A DNA stretch of 64,000 nt from Takakia lepidozioides (taxonomy: Eukaryota; Plantae; Bryophyta), in contig CM060733.1 of NCBI GenBank assembly GCA_030704615.1, positions 36,394,001 through 36,458,000 of the forward strand. Direction: 5' to 3'. The translations under genes and the position numbers were made by a program. Positions within the stretch are counted from its first letter, which is position 1. The number at the start of each line of letters is the position of its first letter. A model generated the notes under the pieces. It was not told where the DNA came from. It did not search any database and was given only the letters and a program-made list of their open reading frames with translations. Shown one piece after another: positions 10,931-23,809 of the stretch.

Positions 10931-13900
10931 GTTTGTTTTGCCCCCTCGTCATATATACTGGGGCCTAGCGACAGGGTTCCATACTCCGTTCGTACAGTGG
11001 TGCAGCCCGTGACTGCTCTGCTGTTCAACATGCAATCATGCTGCAAGGGGTTTGTCATGGATGCCACTGTACCCTTTAACTTATTTGCATGACTCTTCCC
11101 AGCATTTCTTTTTGTTAATGGTTTGTACATGGCTGTGTTGTTATCATACATCTTTGTATGACATAAGGTCCTTTCATGGTGATTTTAAGCTTAGAAGCTT
11201 AATCTTTCCTTTCTTTTGCAAACCATAGAACCAAATCCCCGCCCCGTCTAAGTCTTTAACCTTGCCTTCATCAAACTGTTCCTTTTCTCTTCATCTGAAT
11301 TCTGGTCATATTATCAGCTGCATCAGCACGTATTTCTTCCACATGGTATAATTCATGTTTCCTGACTTTGATGAGTCTTGCAATCCATTTCTTTTTCCCC
11401 ACTCCGTTCTCATGGTAGGTAACAGGAATTCCACTGGAAGTAAGGCTTCCATACCTATAACTAATTGGAATGGGTGTATACTTTGTGGTGACTTTATACG
11501 AAGTCCTGTATGACCATAAAGCTGTCAGCAGCTTTGTATCCCATCCGTTCTGTTTGCATGACTATCTTAGCCAAGATAGTACATAGTATTTTGTTGGTAG
11601 CCTCTGCCTGTCCATTACCCTGTGGGTAATATGTTGTACTCTTTCTATGCCAATCATAAACTCTTTAGTCATAACTCAATGGTCTCATTCATGAAGTGAC
11701 TTCCTTGATCACTGATAAATTCTAAGGGACATCCAAATCGTGTAAGTATGTTCTCGTACAGGAACCTTTGCTGTGGACTTGGCTGTGTTGTCCCTCAAAG
11801 CTTAGCTTCCACCCACTTTGTAGTATAATCAGTGGCTGTAATTATGTACCTGTTTTGTGTATTCTTGATGGTGGATTAATTGGTCCAACAAAGTCTAGTC
11901 CCCATTTCTGAAATGGTTCGTAGGCATTGTAGGATGCAAGGCCATTCTTCCAGATCTCTGCAAAGGTCCTAGCCTCTGACATTCATCACACTTCTGACAA
12001 TACTCATGTACATCTTTGAACAAAGTAGGCCACCAGTATCCTTGCGAGTAGTATCTTTCTACTGGTAGTCTCTTCTCCAAAATGACCTCCAGCCACTCCT
12101 TTATGAACTTCCTCCAAGACTTTTATTTACTTCATGGTGGTACAAGCAAGCATTGTTTTAGTACCCCATCTGGTCCTAACTTATACATTCTGCTTCTTAC
12201 CATAGTAATAAGGTAAAGATTTGATAGCGATTCTCTTCCTCTGCTCCTTACCATAACTAGGTGGGCACTGACCATGAGCAAGATAGTATCTGATTGGCCA
12301 CTGCCAATCTAACCATTCATCTGCACTTCCTTGCACCTCCATTACACAGAAACTCGCATCAGGTAACTGATCGTCCACTCCTGTGGGCGGCCTCTCCTGT
12401 TGTTAGTCGTGACAAATGATCTGCCACAAGATGCCAAACGGCCAGGCTTGTAAATAACCTCGAACTCAAACTCATGAGATTATTAACCACGCTCGCTATC
12501 CTTCCACTTATCAAAGGTTTGTTCACCAGATATATCAGAGCCTGGTGATCACATAAAACATAAACTTTCTTCCCAATAGGTAATGCCTGAATTTCTTCAC
12601 TGCATAGATCATTGCTAATGCTTCTCTTTCCGTTGTGCCTATAGTTCCTCTCAGCACTGTTCATCAAACGGCTAGCATAGTACACAGGTGAATCTATATT
12701 CCCTGTAACATTCTGGGCTAACACCGCTCCAACGCTCTCCTGATGCATCGCAGTGAACATGAAATACTACATGCCAGTGAGGTTAATCAGCACAGGTGTA
12801 GTTGTTACTGACAGTGTAAGTTCCTCAAACGCCTGTTGACATTCAGCTGTCCATGCAAACACTGCATCTTTCTTCAGAAGCTTGCTCAATGGTGCTGCTA
12901 TTTGTGCATACCTTTTGACAAATCTTCTGTAATAACTGGTTTGCCCAAGGAATCTCCTTAACTCTTAACATTCACTGGTGGGTGGAGAGCTTTAATGGAC
13001 TCTGTCTTCCTGGGATCCACAAGGAGTCCCTCTTACACACAATGTGTCCCAGAAGCACCCCTGAGTTCACACAGAAAGTACACTTCTCTGGGTTCAAGCC
13101 CAGACCTCTCATCCTGCATCTGGCTAGGCATAACTCCAATTTATGCAAGTGCTCATTCTTAGAGCTGTACACACTGAATCATCAAAAACACCTGCATGAA
13201 ATCATCCAGATACTTGAAAAGATTCACTTATCACTCTCTGAAAGGTCGCTGGTGCATTACAAAGTCCAAAGGGCATGACTTTGTATGCATAAGCCCCCCA
13301 GTCTGTGTGATGAAAGCTGTTTTCCCTTGGTCTTCTTCTGCCACTTGCACTTGATTATAAACACTGAAGCCATCCATGAATGAGTACATCTCATGGCCTG
13401 CCACAGTGTCTAATACTGCTTCTGTGAATGGCAAAGGGAAAGGATCTTTCTTCGTACAAGCATTCAGCTTCTTATAGTTCACACATACTCTTAGTTTGCC
13501 ATTCTTCTTGGGAACTATAACAATGGGTGACAACCAAGTTGTATACTCTATTGGGTATATAAACTTAGCCTCAGCCAACTTCTTTATCTCTTCTCCAACC
13601 TTCTGTGCGTAGTTGGGATTCATTCTATACCTCGCCTGCTTGATTGGTACTGACCCTGGTTCCAGTTCAATTTATGCTGACAGACTTCAGGTGGTATCCC
13701 TTTTAGATCCTCATAGCTCCAAGCAAATACATCTCTGTATTTGATGAACAAGCTTTTGCTTCTTCGAAGAATTCCGGCTCCAAATCAGCTCCTACTTTCA
13801 CCATCCTCGGTTCCTCCTGAGTTCCCACATTTACTTCTCTCACCTGCTCATCAGCTGTGATTGTCCAACCAGTCACCACTTCATCCTGTAAGCTCACAGT

Positions 13901-14773
13901 GGCTGGTTCTTCTAGGATTTCTATTTCTCCTTCTCTTTCTTCATAGAAATGTGATGGGTAAATGCTGGTTTCTTCTTCAGTTGGTGTTGCTGTCACTACA
14001 CCACAGCAGATACCTCTCAAACAACTTAGGCTTTCCAGCCGCATCTCTGCAACCTGCTCCCACTCTGGGTGTGCAGCAAATAGGGTAGCTTCCTGCTCCT
14101 CATCCAGTCCTCCTCTCCAATCATACTCTCTGACTCCTCGAGGTCTTCTTGTAGCAGGTAATCTACTAGATTTCTTTGTGGTAATTTGTATCTCGTGTAT
14201 CCCATTATGCACGGTTAATAACTGAGAATTCCAGTCATGGAATACCCTGGCCTGTTTCAGCCACGGACGTCCCAATAATAAGGAGTAAGCTTCCATGACT
14301 TCATCCATTTTTAATACAGTTACGGTGATCATAAAGATCATTTTCTGTATCTGTATCTTAACTCCTCTTATTAATCCCAATGGCTGCACACTTCTTTGAT
14401 CTGCCATTGTTACTGTAAATGGGGCTGGTTTCATGTTACTTAGACCAAGCTTCTTCCTTAATTGGTCTGTCATGATATTTACTCCAGAACCACCATCTAT
14501 CAGTACATCAGTTAGTTCTGTGCTTCCAATTCTCAATTGGATTACTGGCATAGAATCATCAAAGTCCATGACTGGTTCTCGCCCTTCCGGCTTCATATTA
14601 TAACTGGTCACCTTGCTGTTCAGGTCTGTGTTTCGTGTCTCTTGGGCAATTCGATTGATTGCTTGATACAGCCTGTGCCTACAATAAGGTGCCACAGCTA
14701 ATAGCTGTCCAATGGTAATTTCCGCTTTGGTCTGACATATTACTGCAGCCAAAGTCTCTTCATTACTTTGCAT
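10930..14773 (-). pseudogene. pol (protease, RT, RNase H, integrase) of copy A with many indels
   Basis: LIDGGSGVNIM protease; WLSPIVIVPKKNGKLRVCVNY and SFMDGFS RT motifs; VYYASR RNase H; [13 protein letters not shown] integrase. Confidence 0.92.
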
Positions 14774-17061
14774 GTCTGCATCCTCTTTTTCCTTTCTTCC
14801 TCACTCCCCTCTTTTTCTCCATCCGAATCAGAGGAATCTGCCACAGGAATATCAGTACTCTTTTGCATTTCCCTTATAGTATCTGCCACTTCCTTGTGCA
14901 GTTCCTTCTCATCCTTCCAAGTCTCTTCATCTTCAGGCATATCATTGCCACTTCCAGTCTCATCTTCTTCCTCTTCTACTGGAGGTATTAGTTTGGCTTT
15001 ACTTCTTGTTACTATCATTGTACTTACTTCTGGTACAACACATGGCCTAACCATGTGAGCTGCCACCACTGGGCCCTCATTCACAGGAGCTCTCATCTCA
15101 TTCTGGTGTCTTATCCAGAATGAACAGGCTGCCTTGCGATGTCCTGGCTGATTACAATAGTAACATAGCTCTTCACCATTGGGTCCTCGCCCTTGGTCTG
15201 GTCTTGGATTATTTCTATAATCCTGATTCCCGGGCTGGTAATTCCCCCTTGGATTACCCTGATAGTTGCCTCTGGAATTTCCTTGGTGATTCCCTCTTGA
15301 ATTACCTCTCCCTTCCATGCCATTGTTATAACCACCAGACCTACCATAGTGGTCCTGATCATTGCTTCTTCTTGGCTGGGGCTGCACCTGATGCACCCTC
15401 ACTTGCCTAGGTTCTCTTGCAGCTGTCCTTCTGTTGTAGTAACAATTCTCAGTAGAATGGTTATCCATTTTACAGATAGTACAGTGTTTCTCCTTCATGT
15501 GGCATTCTGTAGTGGTATGGCCTTCATTCTGGCACTTTGCACACCATACACCCTTCCTCCAATGTGTTGCAGCCTCTGTGGCATACTTCTTCAAGATTTC
15601 TTCCAATCTTTTCTCATAGTTATCCCTCTTCAACTTTTCCTTTCTCTTACTCTTTCTTTTTAGTTCTTGCTCTTCTTCTTCATCTGACTCATCTTCAGAG
15701 TCCTCATCTTCCTTTTTCTCTCTCCTGAGCATTCCCAATTGCTCAATTCTGTTTGCAGTTTCAAATGCCTCCTCCACTGTATTATGGGGTAACATATCCA
15801 CTTTCTTCTGCAACTCTGGTCTTAGTCCACTCACAAACCAAGTCTTCTATAAACCGGGTGCTGGTACTGCAGCCAGCTTTTTCATCATCAATTCCATCTT
15901 CTCCATATACTCTTCAACAGTTTCATGCTTCTTCTGCTTCAGCTGTTGTAAACTTCCATACACTTCATCCTCAGTTTTACTTGTCCTGAACCTATTTCGA
16001 AATGCTGTATTCAAGCCATTCCAGGTTAGGAAATGATTATCAGGGAATCTTGCATACCATTCACTTGCTTTCTTGATAAGTGAACAAGGAAACAGTCTCA
16101 TCTTGGCATCATCGCCATTCTCATTGTTCACTATACACATGTGCTCAAATTGGCTAATGTGTACATCGGGATCCCCTTTTCCTGAATATATTGGAAAGGG
16201 TGGTTTTGCCCGTGTTGGTTGTAACGCCATCTGTGGCCCTACCTTCTGCCCACTGACAGGTGCTGGCACCCTTGCTGGTGCTGGTCCTTCTGGACCCGTT
16301 GTTTTTGTGGTGGATCTTCCACCAAGTGGTGGCCCTTGAGCACTCCCTGCTTCTGGCCCCACGATATTCACAGTATTCCCAGCTTCAGTTGCACTACTTC
16401 CCACACTCCCTGTCCCCCCAGAGCCAGATCCAGGCAGCCCGCCTGATCCCCCTGAGCCGACACCTTCGTTGGCCTGTGATCCAAGTGCTCCACTTGATCC
16501 AGGTCCAACGGGTTGGGATGTCCTGGTTGTAGTCTCAACCTCAGCTGTTGGGTCTACTTCTTCATATTCTTCCTCTTCTAATTTCTTCTCTCTGTTTTCA
16601 TCCTCCAAGTTCTGCCCTTGGGTTTCTTCTTCACTCATGTAACTCAACTGTAATGGTGTTGGAGAGTCTGAACTCTCCGTTGGCTCTGCCACATCCTCAT
16701 CTCCTTCTTCATCTTCTGCTTCAGAAACTGGAGTTCCTGTTTTTGGTGTTCCATGCCAACTCTTATCAAAGATTTCTGTCAAGTCTTTTATCCAAGGATG
16801 TACCTCAGATCTTTCACCTCGTGATTGATCTTCTTCCTGTACCAATTCCCTTAATCTTTCTTGCAAAGAAACAGAAGGAGTGGCATCCAACTCTAGTTCT
16901 TCCGGTATAGGTGATGCACTCTTTGATCTTAATGGTGTGAGAGGTCCAGATGATTCCCCTATGTCTATTCCTCTCTCCCAAAGATATGGATAATTAGCTT
17001 TCAGATAGCTTTCTCTTTTTGCTGAATATCTCTGTCGTCTAGCTTCTCTTTCATCACTCAT
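14740..17061 (-). pseudogene. gag of copy A (capsid domain + 3 CCHC knuckles), premature TAG at 15847
   Basis: YSGKGDPDVHISQF..LFPCSLIKKASEWY capsid motif; CAKCQNEGHTTTEC, CTICKMDNHSTENC and CYYCNQPGHRKAAC knuckles; CAG>TAG relative to copy C. Confidence 0.92.
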
Positions 17062-17082
17062 GTCCCATGTCTTTCATTTCTT

Positions 17083-17778
17083 TTAATGTGGCAATAACCA
17101 AAACTCTCTTCTGTAATATCTCTCGTATATGCCTGGGTTTCTTTCAAGCTTCAATGCACCCTTGGCTATACTTGAAGTCTCTGTTACCATATAACCATAT
17201 GGCAAACAAGTCTGAAAAGCTGTTCTTGGTGTGAGTTTGATCCACAAAATATCCTTTGGAATCCAATTCTTTACCAGTACAAGCTCTTCATGCATATGAG
17301 TATAAACATTCACCTTTCTTTCTTCCCAGCCTTCAAACTCTACTCGTTTAATGGATAGCAATGCTATCACATAAACCAATGTTGGTAACCAACGTGCTCT
17401 TCCTCTACAGGCTACCTGATAAATCTTTATCACTCCTTTCTCCAGACCCCATTCTGGATCAGCATCATGCACTCGTTTAAGAATATTTTCTTTACAACCG
17501 TCTGGCAATTCCAAGAACCTTTGAAAGAATTGTTTGGACAATCTTTCTTCCTTCGTTCCACAGGGAATTTGATTCACTTCAAATTCTTTAATGGTCCATC
17601 CACCATGATCCCACCAGATGCCTGTCACATCTGGTTGTTCATGTCCCAGGTCCCCAGTATGGTCGCCAAATGTCGCGCGGCTTTTACTCACCCATCCCTT
17701 CGCTATCCGAGGCGGAAACTCCAAGATAGAAGAGTTGGAAATCTCTAAGTACTCAACCCGCGCAGAACAATCAGTCAT
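17083..17778 (-). CDS. ORF0, 231-aa unknown protein starting inside the 5' LTR and crossing the PBS
   Basis: Intact 696-nt ORF ending 21 nt before the gag ATG. The same ORF in copy C has one CGA>TGA stop. Confidence 0.6.
   Translation of the reverse strand: MTDCSARVEYLEISNSSILEFPPRIAKGWVSKSRATFGDHTGDLGHEQPDVTGIWWDHGGWTIKEFEVNQIPCGTKEERLSKQFFQRFLELPDGCKENILKRVHDADPEWGLEKGVIKIYQVACRGRARWLPTLVYVIALLSIKRVEFEGWEERKVNVYTHMHEELVLVKNWIPKDILWIKLTPRTAFQTCLPYGYMVTETSSIAKGALKLERNPGIYERYYRREFWLLPH
17650..17668 (-). promoter_or_regulatory. Primer binding site, tRNA-Arg-like
   Basis: TGGCGACCATACTGGGGAC, 2 nt after the LTR end ..GCGACA. Resembles the complement of plant tRNA-Arg 3' ends. Confidence 0.75.
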
Positions 17779-18550
17779 GACCTACAGCTAGTGTATCATG
17801 GGGGTGTTTCCTATTTGTTTCCCTTTCCGCATTCATCTTAGCTACCTTACCATTGATAATTAAGTATCAGTTTGCTTCATCGATCTATCGGTTTCCTTCA
17901 CTCATCCATTCAATCCACAGCTTCACTCAGATCTCTCTACACAGTGTGATTGTATCGTATAAGTATCAGATTATGATTTATCAGGTATCAGGCCGAAGCC
18001 ATTATGTCTCTAATCTGCTCTACAATATCACTACATCTTTGCATATAACAAGCATCTACTAATCCTCCTTTCTCGTGCTCTCCGACCTCCGCTCCCGTAT
18101 GACTCCGAAATCCTCCTTCCCCGAATAATAATCCCCCCATCATTCCCCGTTCTTCCCTTTATCTTCCTATCCGTAGTTCTAACCGTTTCCCTCACTAACC
18201 GTCGCTTGTGAACTAACATGTTCCCCACAGTCGTTCCCTGTCCTGCTCTCCGTTCCCTATGATCGTGACCGCTGTGTCAAGCTGTGACTGGCTGTGTGAG
18301 CTGTGTGGGCTGTGTCGACTGTGTTTGGCTGTGTCAGGCTGTGACTGGCTGTGTCGGCTGTGTCGGGCTGTGATTGGCTGTGTGGGCTGTGTGGGCTGTG
18401 TTGGCTGTGTCGGCTGTGTCGACTGTGTAACCCCCCTCTACAGTGCGTTGCTGTCACCCCTAAGGCTCCTATTGGTCTCAGTCTGTGCAAAAATTAAGGG
18501 TACCCTACAGATCCCATATAAGTGTCTAAGTCCCCTACAGTCCTCTAACA
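17671..18550 (-). repeat. 5' LTR of copy A (880 bp)
   Basis: TGTTAGAGG...GCGCGACA termini, followed by the PBS. Confidence 0.92.
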
Positions 18551-18782
18551 CTCCCGGAGGGAAATGCATACTTGCGTACAGCTCCTTGGTTGGATTCGGA
18601 AGGTGCATGCAGAGTGCTTTGGATATGCTGTTGGGACTCCACAATGGGATGAAGTAATGGCATTTCAGTTCAACTCTCCCGAAGTGCCCCAACAACCTTT
18701 CAGTTGGGAGTGTGGGTTTTACGTGATGTCTTTCATTGAAGGGTATTACGACTGGCTGAAAGGCGATAGACAGAAACCTTAA
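18551..18782 (+). pseudogene. 3' end of a Ulp1/C48 SUMO-protease-like gene, cut by the LTR insertion
   Basis: VPQQPFSWECGFYVMSFIE matches the Ulp1 catalytic Q..C motif (PQQx4-5CGxYV). Confidence 0.7.
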
Positions 18783-19663
18783 GAGAGAGGACAAGCCTTT
18801 ACACCAAGGTGGTTTAATTTCAGGTTTCCGTTACTGCAACGATTGCAGTGTGTAAAGCATATCCGTCGTGGTTTGGACGATGTAGAAAAATTGCTCCTTT
18901 GAGGAAATAAATATATACATTCAATGTTGTTTCAATTCACATTTTGAATGTATGTAATATTTTCTGAGATGAAGGCCTACATGCACTCTTACTGTTCCCA
19001 CCTATGCAAGTTTGTCAAAAGAAGTCGTGCAATGGCCGAACAATATAGTCCAGTAGACAACCACCCCACGTCCTCACTTGGGCAGACTACTTGGTTCTAC
19101 TATTAACTACTGTTAGCAGACTACAACAGTCTCCGTCTGTTTGACCAGTTTACCGCGCAGTCTGCTGGCTGCTTAGCAGTTTGCCGGCTAGTCTGTTGCA
19201 TGCTGAGAAGTCTGTCGGGTAGTGTGCTGGCCGCTCATCAGTCTGCTCGGCAGAGTGTGTGGCACTTTGATACATAGTTTATATGTATGTGCAGTTGGGC
19301 TCCGTGTCTGGGCGAGTACACTCCGTGGGAGCAGTCCGATGGACACTGCAGAAGACCACACAGTCAGTCCATACTGTATATCTGCTGGACCACCCAGTCT
19401 GTTAGCCGAAAACCATCAGCAGACTTGGCAGTGTTATTCTGCACTTGTGCAGTCTGCTTAATAGTCTGTTTGGCCATTTTCGTGGTCTGTTGAGCAGAAT
19501 GCTCAGTCTTCCGCAACTTGACGGTGGGGCGCTCTGAGCTCTGATGGAATGCACTTCCAGGGTGTTAATGATGCAAACATGTATGCACTCTCAAGTGTGG
19601 ACCTTTTATTTCTCTGCATGGAATATGCTGGCATAACATTGTTTTGCTGTGTGAGTATGCTGT

Positions 19664-22600
19664 CTACTTGGGTCTCGCCCAACGGTCTGAAACCTTAACA
19701 ATTCTAGAGTATATTTTCGTTGCAGGTGTTGGGGCATACACCCTATTGCGCATTCTCCGCAAGACTTTGGGTCGGGTTTTCCATGCTTCGACAAAATCCC
19801 TCTTTTTTTTCAGAGACAAATTATTATTGTCGTCAACAGGTTTTGCTGCACGAGGATGTAGCATCCCAGCAGCACTTTTGGCCAGGATATCAATAAGTTG
19901 TCCTCTACAGATTCGAAGGCACGACAACACATGTGTCTCAAGGTACTTGTCATCACCCACAATACGAAGTATATCTGACCATTCTTCGGCCATACTCAGT
20001 GGGACGTAGACGGGTTCCTCGAGGGATGCAAAGTCACAATCCTCCACAGGTCTGTCCATCACGATAGTTGTTTTATCCAACATCAGATTATGCAATCCTC
20101 CATGTATGGTTCCGAGCGTCGTGCCACATGCACGCACTATCCTGCAAGTCGGGATGAAGCAACTTCAGCACTTTCACTTGGTGTTTGCACAAATTGCCTT
20201 TCATTACCCATGGGCAAGTGCAAGAAGCCCAATCCAATCTAGGGTTGTAAACAATGTAGGTTGTGTCTGGGTGATTGCTGCTTAGCACATACGCTGGTTG
20301 TCCTTCCACCAAGGGTAGAGTCACATTGCTCGCTGGAATGTCCCTGGCCGTTAGCACAGAGCTAGATATGTATTTTTCCTGCTTGTCATTGCGTATGAAC
20401 CCATGCGTCTTCAAATGAATTGCGTACCAGTAGTGTGTGAGCACACGGTCCGTGAGTTCCCATATTAGCCAATCGACTCTTCAACCAGTCATTTTGCCTT
20501 TCCCCATCCTCAGTCTAGCCTTCAAGTTTCCAAGGTATGCCTCAATGCTAGCATTTGTGTCTTGACTGGCATGTGGAACATGACGAGCATCAGTACACCA
20601 CATTGCTATTTTAGGAGACCATTCCTTGTCGATGTACTTTAAAAATTCCCGGGCATTCCGATATTTCTTTCTCATGTCCCTGATTGTTTTGGCAACCCAT
20701 AGAAGCACTTTTTTGGGATCGCTTGGTCCACCTCTACAGTACATGAGGTCTCCCATATCCTTTAACACGTTTGCTGCTGTGACGGGATCTTTGGTCTTCT
20801 GACATGATTGCTCTACCCATGCCTTGCGGACATGCCAAAGGCACAGGAAAATGAGGACTCCTTTGAAAGCAACCCTGCACATAACACATCCACATGAGGC
20901 ACTTCAGAAGGAACTCCGGCTGGTGGACACCATCCGAGTGCTGGAGACCTCCAACAGACTTCACACCAACCTCTAAATGGATTTGGTGGTAAGACACTGC
21001 CTGCGAGTGTGGCGGGCTGACTTCCCCTCCCAAGTCTGCTAGCAGACCCATGAAGCGTGGCAGCGGACTCGGCCCGTTCAGTGTACCAGCGGACTCACCC
21101 ACGCAAGTCTAGCAGCGGAGTTGGTCCGTTGACTGCAAGCGGACTCGCCCACACGAGTGTGCAGCGGAGTCTCCGAGTCGAGTTTGCCAGCGGAATCGCG
21201 CATGCGAGTCTACCAGGGTACCGGCGCAGGCGTGTCTGCCAGCCGAGTAGCCCAAAGCAGACTCCACACCAACCCCTACACGAACTTGGTCGCAAGACAC
21301 TGCCTACGGGTCTGGCTGGCCGACTTCCCCTCCCAAGTCTGCCAGCAGATCCATGAAGGGTGCCAGCAGACTCGCAAGTCTGCCAGCGACTTGGTCGGGC
21401 GAGTCGGGCTTGCCCACGCGACTTGGTCCGAGTCTTGTCTGCCAGCAGACTCGTGCATGCGAGTCTCTCAGGGAACTGTCGCACGCGACTCTGCCAAAGC
21501 ACACTATGATGACACTTACATGCCAGAGGACTTCGACAGTGGGTGTTTGTTGAGGTATGGAAGACTCACCTTATAGCGTTGATTTCAACATCTGCATCAT
21601 CAACAATGAAGGCATTGGGTCGCCAGGTCGGCATATCTGCATGGAGTTGGTCACGCAAGGCTGTCATCACGGCACCATGTCTGTTATCCTATTCCTGGCG
21701 GATATGATGTCGCAACTGGTATACCGTTCAGCCACTCGTCGAAAACCATCAACGTGTACAATGGGAACTGTTCAGATGCACTATGTCACTATGTCAGTTG
21801 GTTCCAATGTGCAACATCCTACGAACAATTGATTTGCAGAAATGGTAAGAGGATGAATCGTACCTTGTGGTGATTTTTCCCGAAGGTTGCATCGCATGCA
21901 ATGATACGCGCATGTCCCAATTGAAGCATTCTCTGCTTCTACCACTCAGTTTGAATGCCAATAGAGAATGTCAAATCTCCATCGTAATGCTTGAAGGTTG
22001 GCGCCAATGTTTCTTCTCAATAGAAGAAGACTGATGCGGGGTTCAGGTCTTTCCACATGCGGACGCTGTCGGCATCGTTGGCATGCTTTATGAACGTCTA
22101 CCACGCCCGTTTCTAAGCCAGGTTGCGGATATCTTGCTCGAGGAGGAAATCATCACGTGTCCATGCATCTCCCAAACATGTGTTGTTCATGACACGCTCC
22201 TTGTGTTCCATCATGATTTGTGCGACCGTGAGGCCTCGGCACAAACACTCAACGACCCAGACTTTCAATTCCTCGCTATTGCGGGGTGCGTAGGCTGCCC
22301 GTGTGTTCCTGAACCCTGCGGTCTTGCCATGGGAGGGTTTCCCTAGGGCATCGACGTGCTCCATGTTGTTGTAGTATGTGAGGACACAAATGTCCAGGGC
22401 AAGATAAGATTGTTGCACTTTGAAACAACAAAGGCACCCGCGCTTGTACGACTCTCCGTAGTCCGACTTCTTCCTTCTTGGGCCTTTATGCGGGTGTTTA
22501 GTGCCAGCACCCACATCCGGACCTCCACGCTTTTGTTTTGGATCCTCGACAGTTGCATTGACCGTGCGCTTGTCATCGGGTCCGTAGCAGCATTGATACC

Positions 22601-23136
22601 TATCAAATGGAATTCAAAAGCCAAAATATCAACCTATGGACTTATGGAAGCCATAGTCGGAGACAAATACAAATCACAACAACAATGCAGTGACATCCCT
22701 AAACCACAATGAGGATGGTGCACACATGATACTACTCAAAAAGGTGTTCCCTCTGGGAGCTTTCTGCACTCCGGCGTCCACTTTACTGTGCACATGTACC
22801 CAATATTGAGTGGGGCAGTCCTCCACACTCTCCTCTCCATGGACGAAGTCCTCAATTCTATCCCCAAGGTATACAAGCTTTTTTAACACGCACTTGCACC
22901 CCCCTAAACCCATATTGCGTTTCACACTTCCAATGGATGTCCTTATTGTTGAAAGGTCCTCGTTTCGGTGTTTGCAGACTTTGTCGAAGAGGGCGTATAA
23001 GCCGGCTCTCAAATTGCTGAATGTCGTCGGCTTCCGCTCCTATATCCATGCCCTGTACAGTGCAGAACACACGCTCCATAAGAACCTGCAACGAAAGCGC
23101 CGCTGGACACGATGGAGAACGTGCACGGAGAAACAA
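19664..23136 (-). pseudogene. MULE/SWIM transposase, degenerate and spliced
   Basis: KRGCLCCF..H..HG Zn region; FPLYTLMVFD; FIVDDA; LCLWHVRKAW; TNASIEAY; SWIM CTCPW..NLCKH. GT-AG introns near 21863-21770 and 21569-20876. Confidence 0.85.
20930..21500. repeat. Intronic repeat field of GCCAGCAGACTC/GAGTCTGCC motifs with a ~300-bp direct duplication
   Basis: 20990-21075 matches 21295-21375. Related AGTCTGCTGG/CAGCAGACT motifs at 19130-19500. Confidence 0.7.
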
Positions 23137-23809
23137 GACCCACGTTTACAGCTGGTGGCAGATGGCAGGCGGCAGAGATAAGGCCCTAAATTGGAGGGCT
23201 GCGATGGGATTTGTCGTGGACGGCCCAGAGCTTGCGGGCGGGCGGACACGCGGACACGCGGAAAGGCCCCAGCGGACCCGCCCCAACGGAGCGGCCGAGC
23301 GGACAGGCCGGTGGATAGAGCCTGGGAGGGGCAGCCGCGGCGGGCGTGGGCGACCGCTGGCAGCGGCTGGGGGTGGGCGCCGAGGGGCCCACCGTCCTTC
23401 TCGCACGCTTGCGTTCATGACCCTATTATTGTAAAATGAGAGGCATTTGTGAGCTGTCGCTCCCAGGTGTTTCCCTTAAAAAAAAAGAAAAAAAAGAGCC
23501 TCTTCCCATACAAGTACATCGCATAAGTGGGTTTGAAGTTTGAACCCTGGAGCACGGCAGAGAGATGTAAGGTGCAATGCCCTAAAGACGATACTTACCG
23601 CAGAGGCGAGCACGGCAAGCCAGCAGCGATGAGCGAGCAACGTCGTGTCTAACTTAGCAATTTCCTCGCATGGCTGTCTGCACCGCGTCACCGTCGCTGC
23701 TGCCATTCACTTATCACAATTTTTAGCTGCTTGCATTTTCTGGATGTCTTCCTCTTATTTCAATTGAAGGAGAAGTTTAAGGTGGGAGGGGGAACAGAGC
23801 CTGAGAGAG

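Larger units (their letters stand above)
10481..18550 (-). mobile_element. Ty3/Gypsy non-chromovirus LTR retrotransposon, copy A (5' LTR to end of pol)
   Basis: LTR, PBS, ORF0, gag and PR-RT-RH-INT order, with no chromodomain. Highly similar reverse complement of 52707-60260. Confidence 0.95.
18551..23423 (-). mobile_element. Second Mutator-like element (SWIM transposase, convergent Ulp1 fragment)
   Basis: Transposase remnants and a GC-rich terminal region ending ..TTCATGACCC at 23423 (putative TIR end, partner not in the window). Confidence 0.65.

Noticed and set aside
10481-13700. Dense frameshifts as evidence of great age
   Set aside because: Single-base indels are concentrated next to the gap while substitution divergence from copy C is low; low-quality consensus is more likely.
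14740-14800. Programmed gag-pol frameshift
   Set aside because: Copies A (~14790) and C (~56620) break at different A-runs, and each is open where the other is shifted. These are mutations or sequencing errors in a single ORF.
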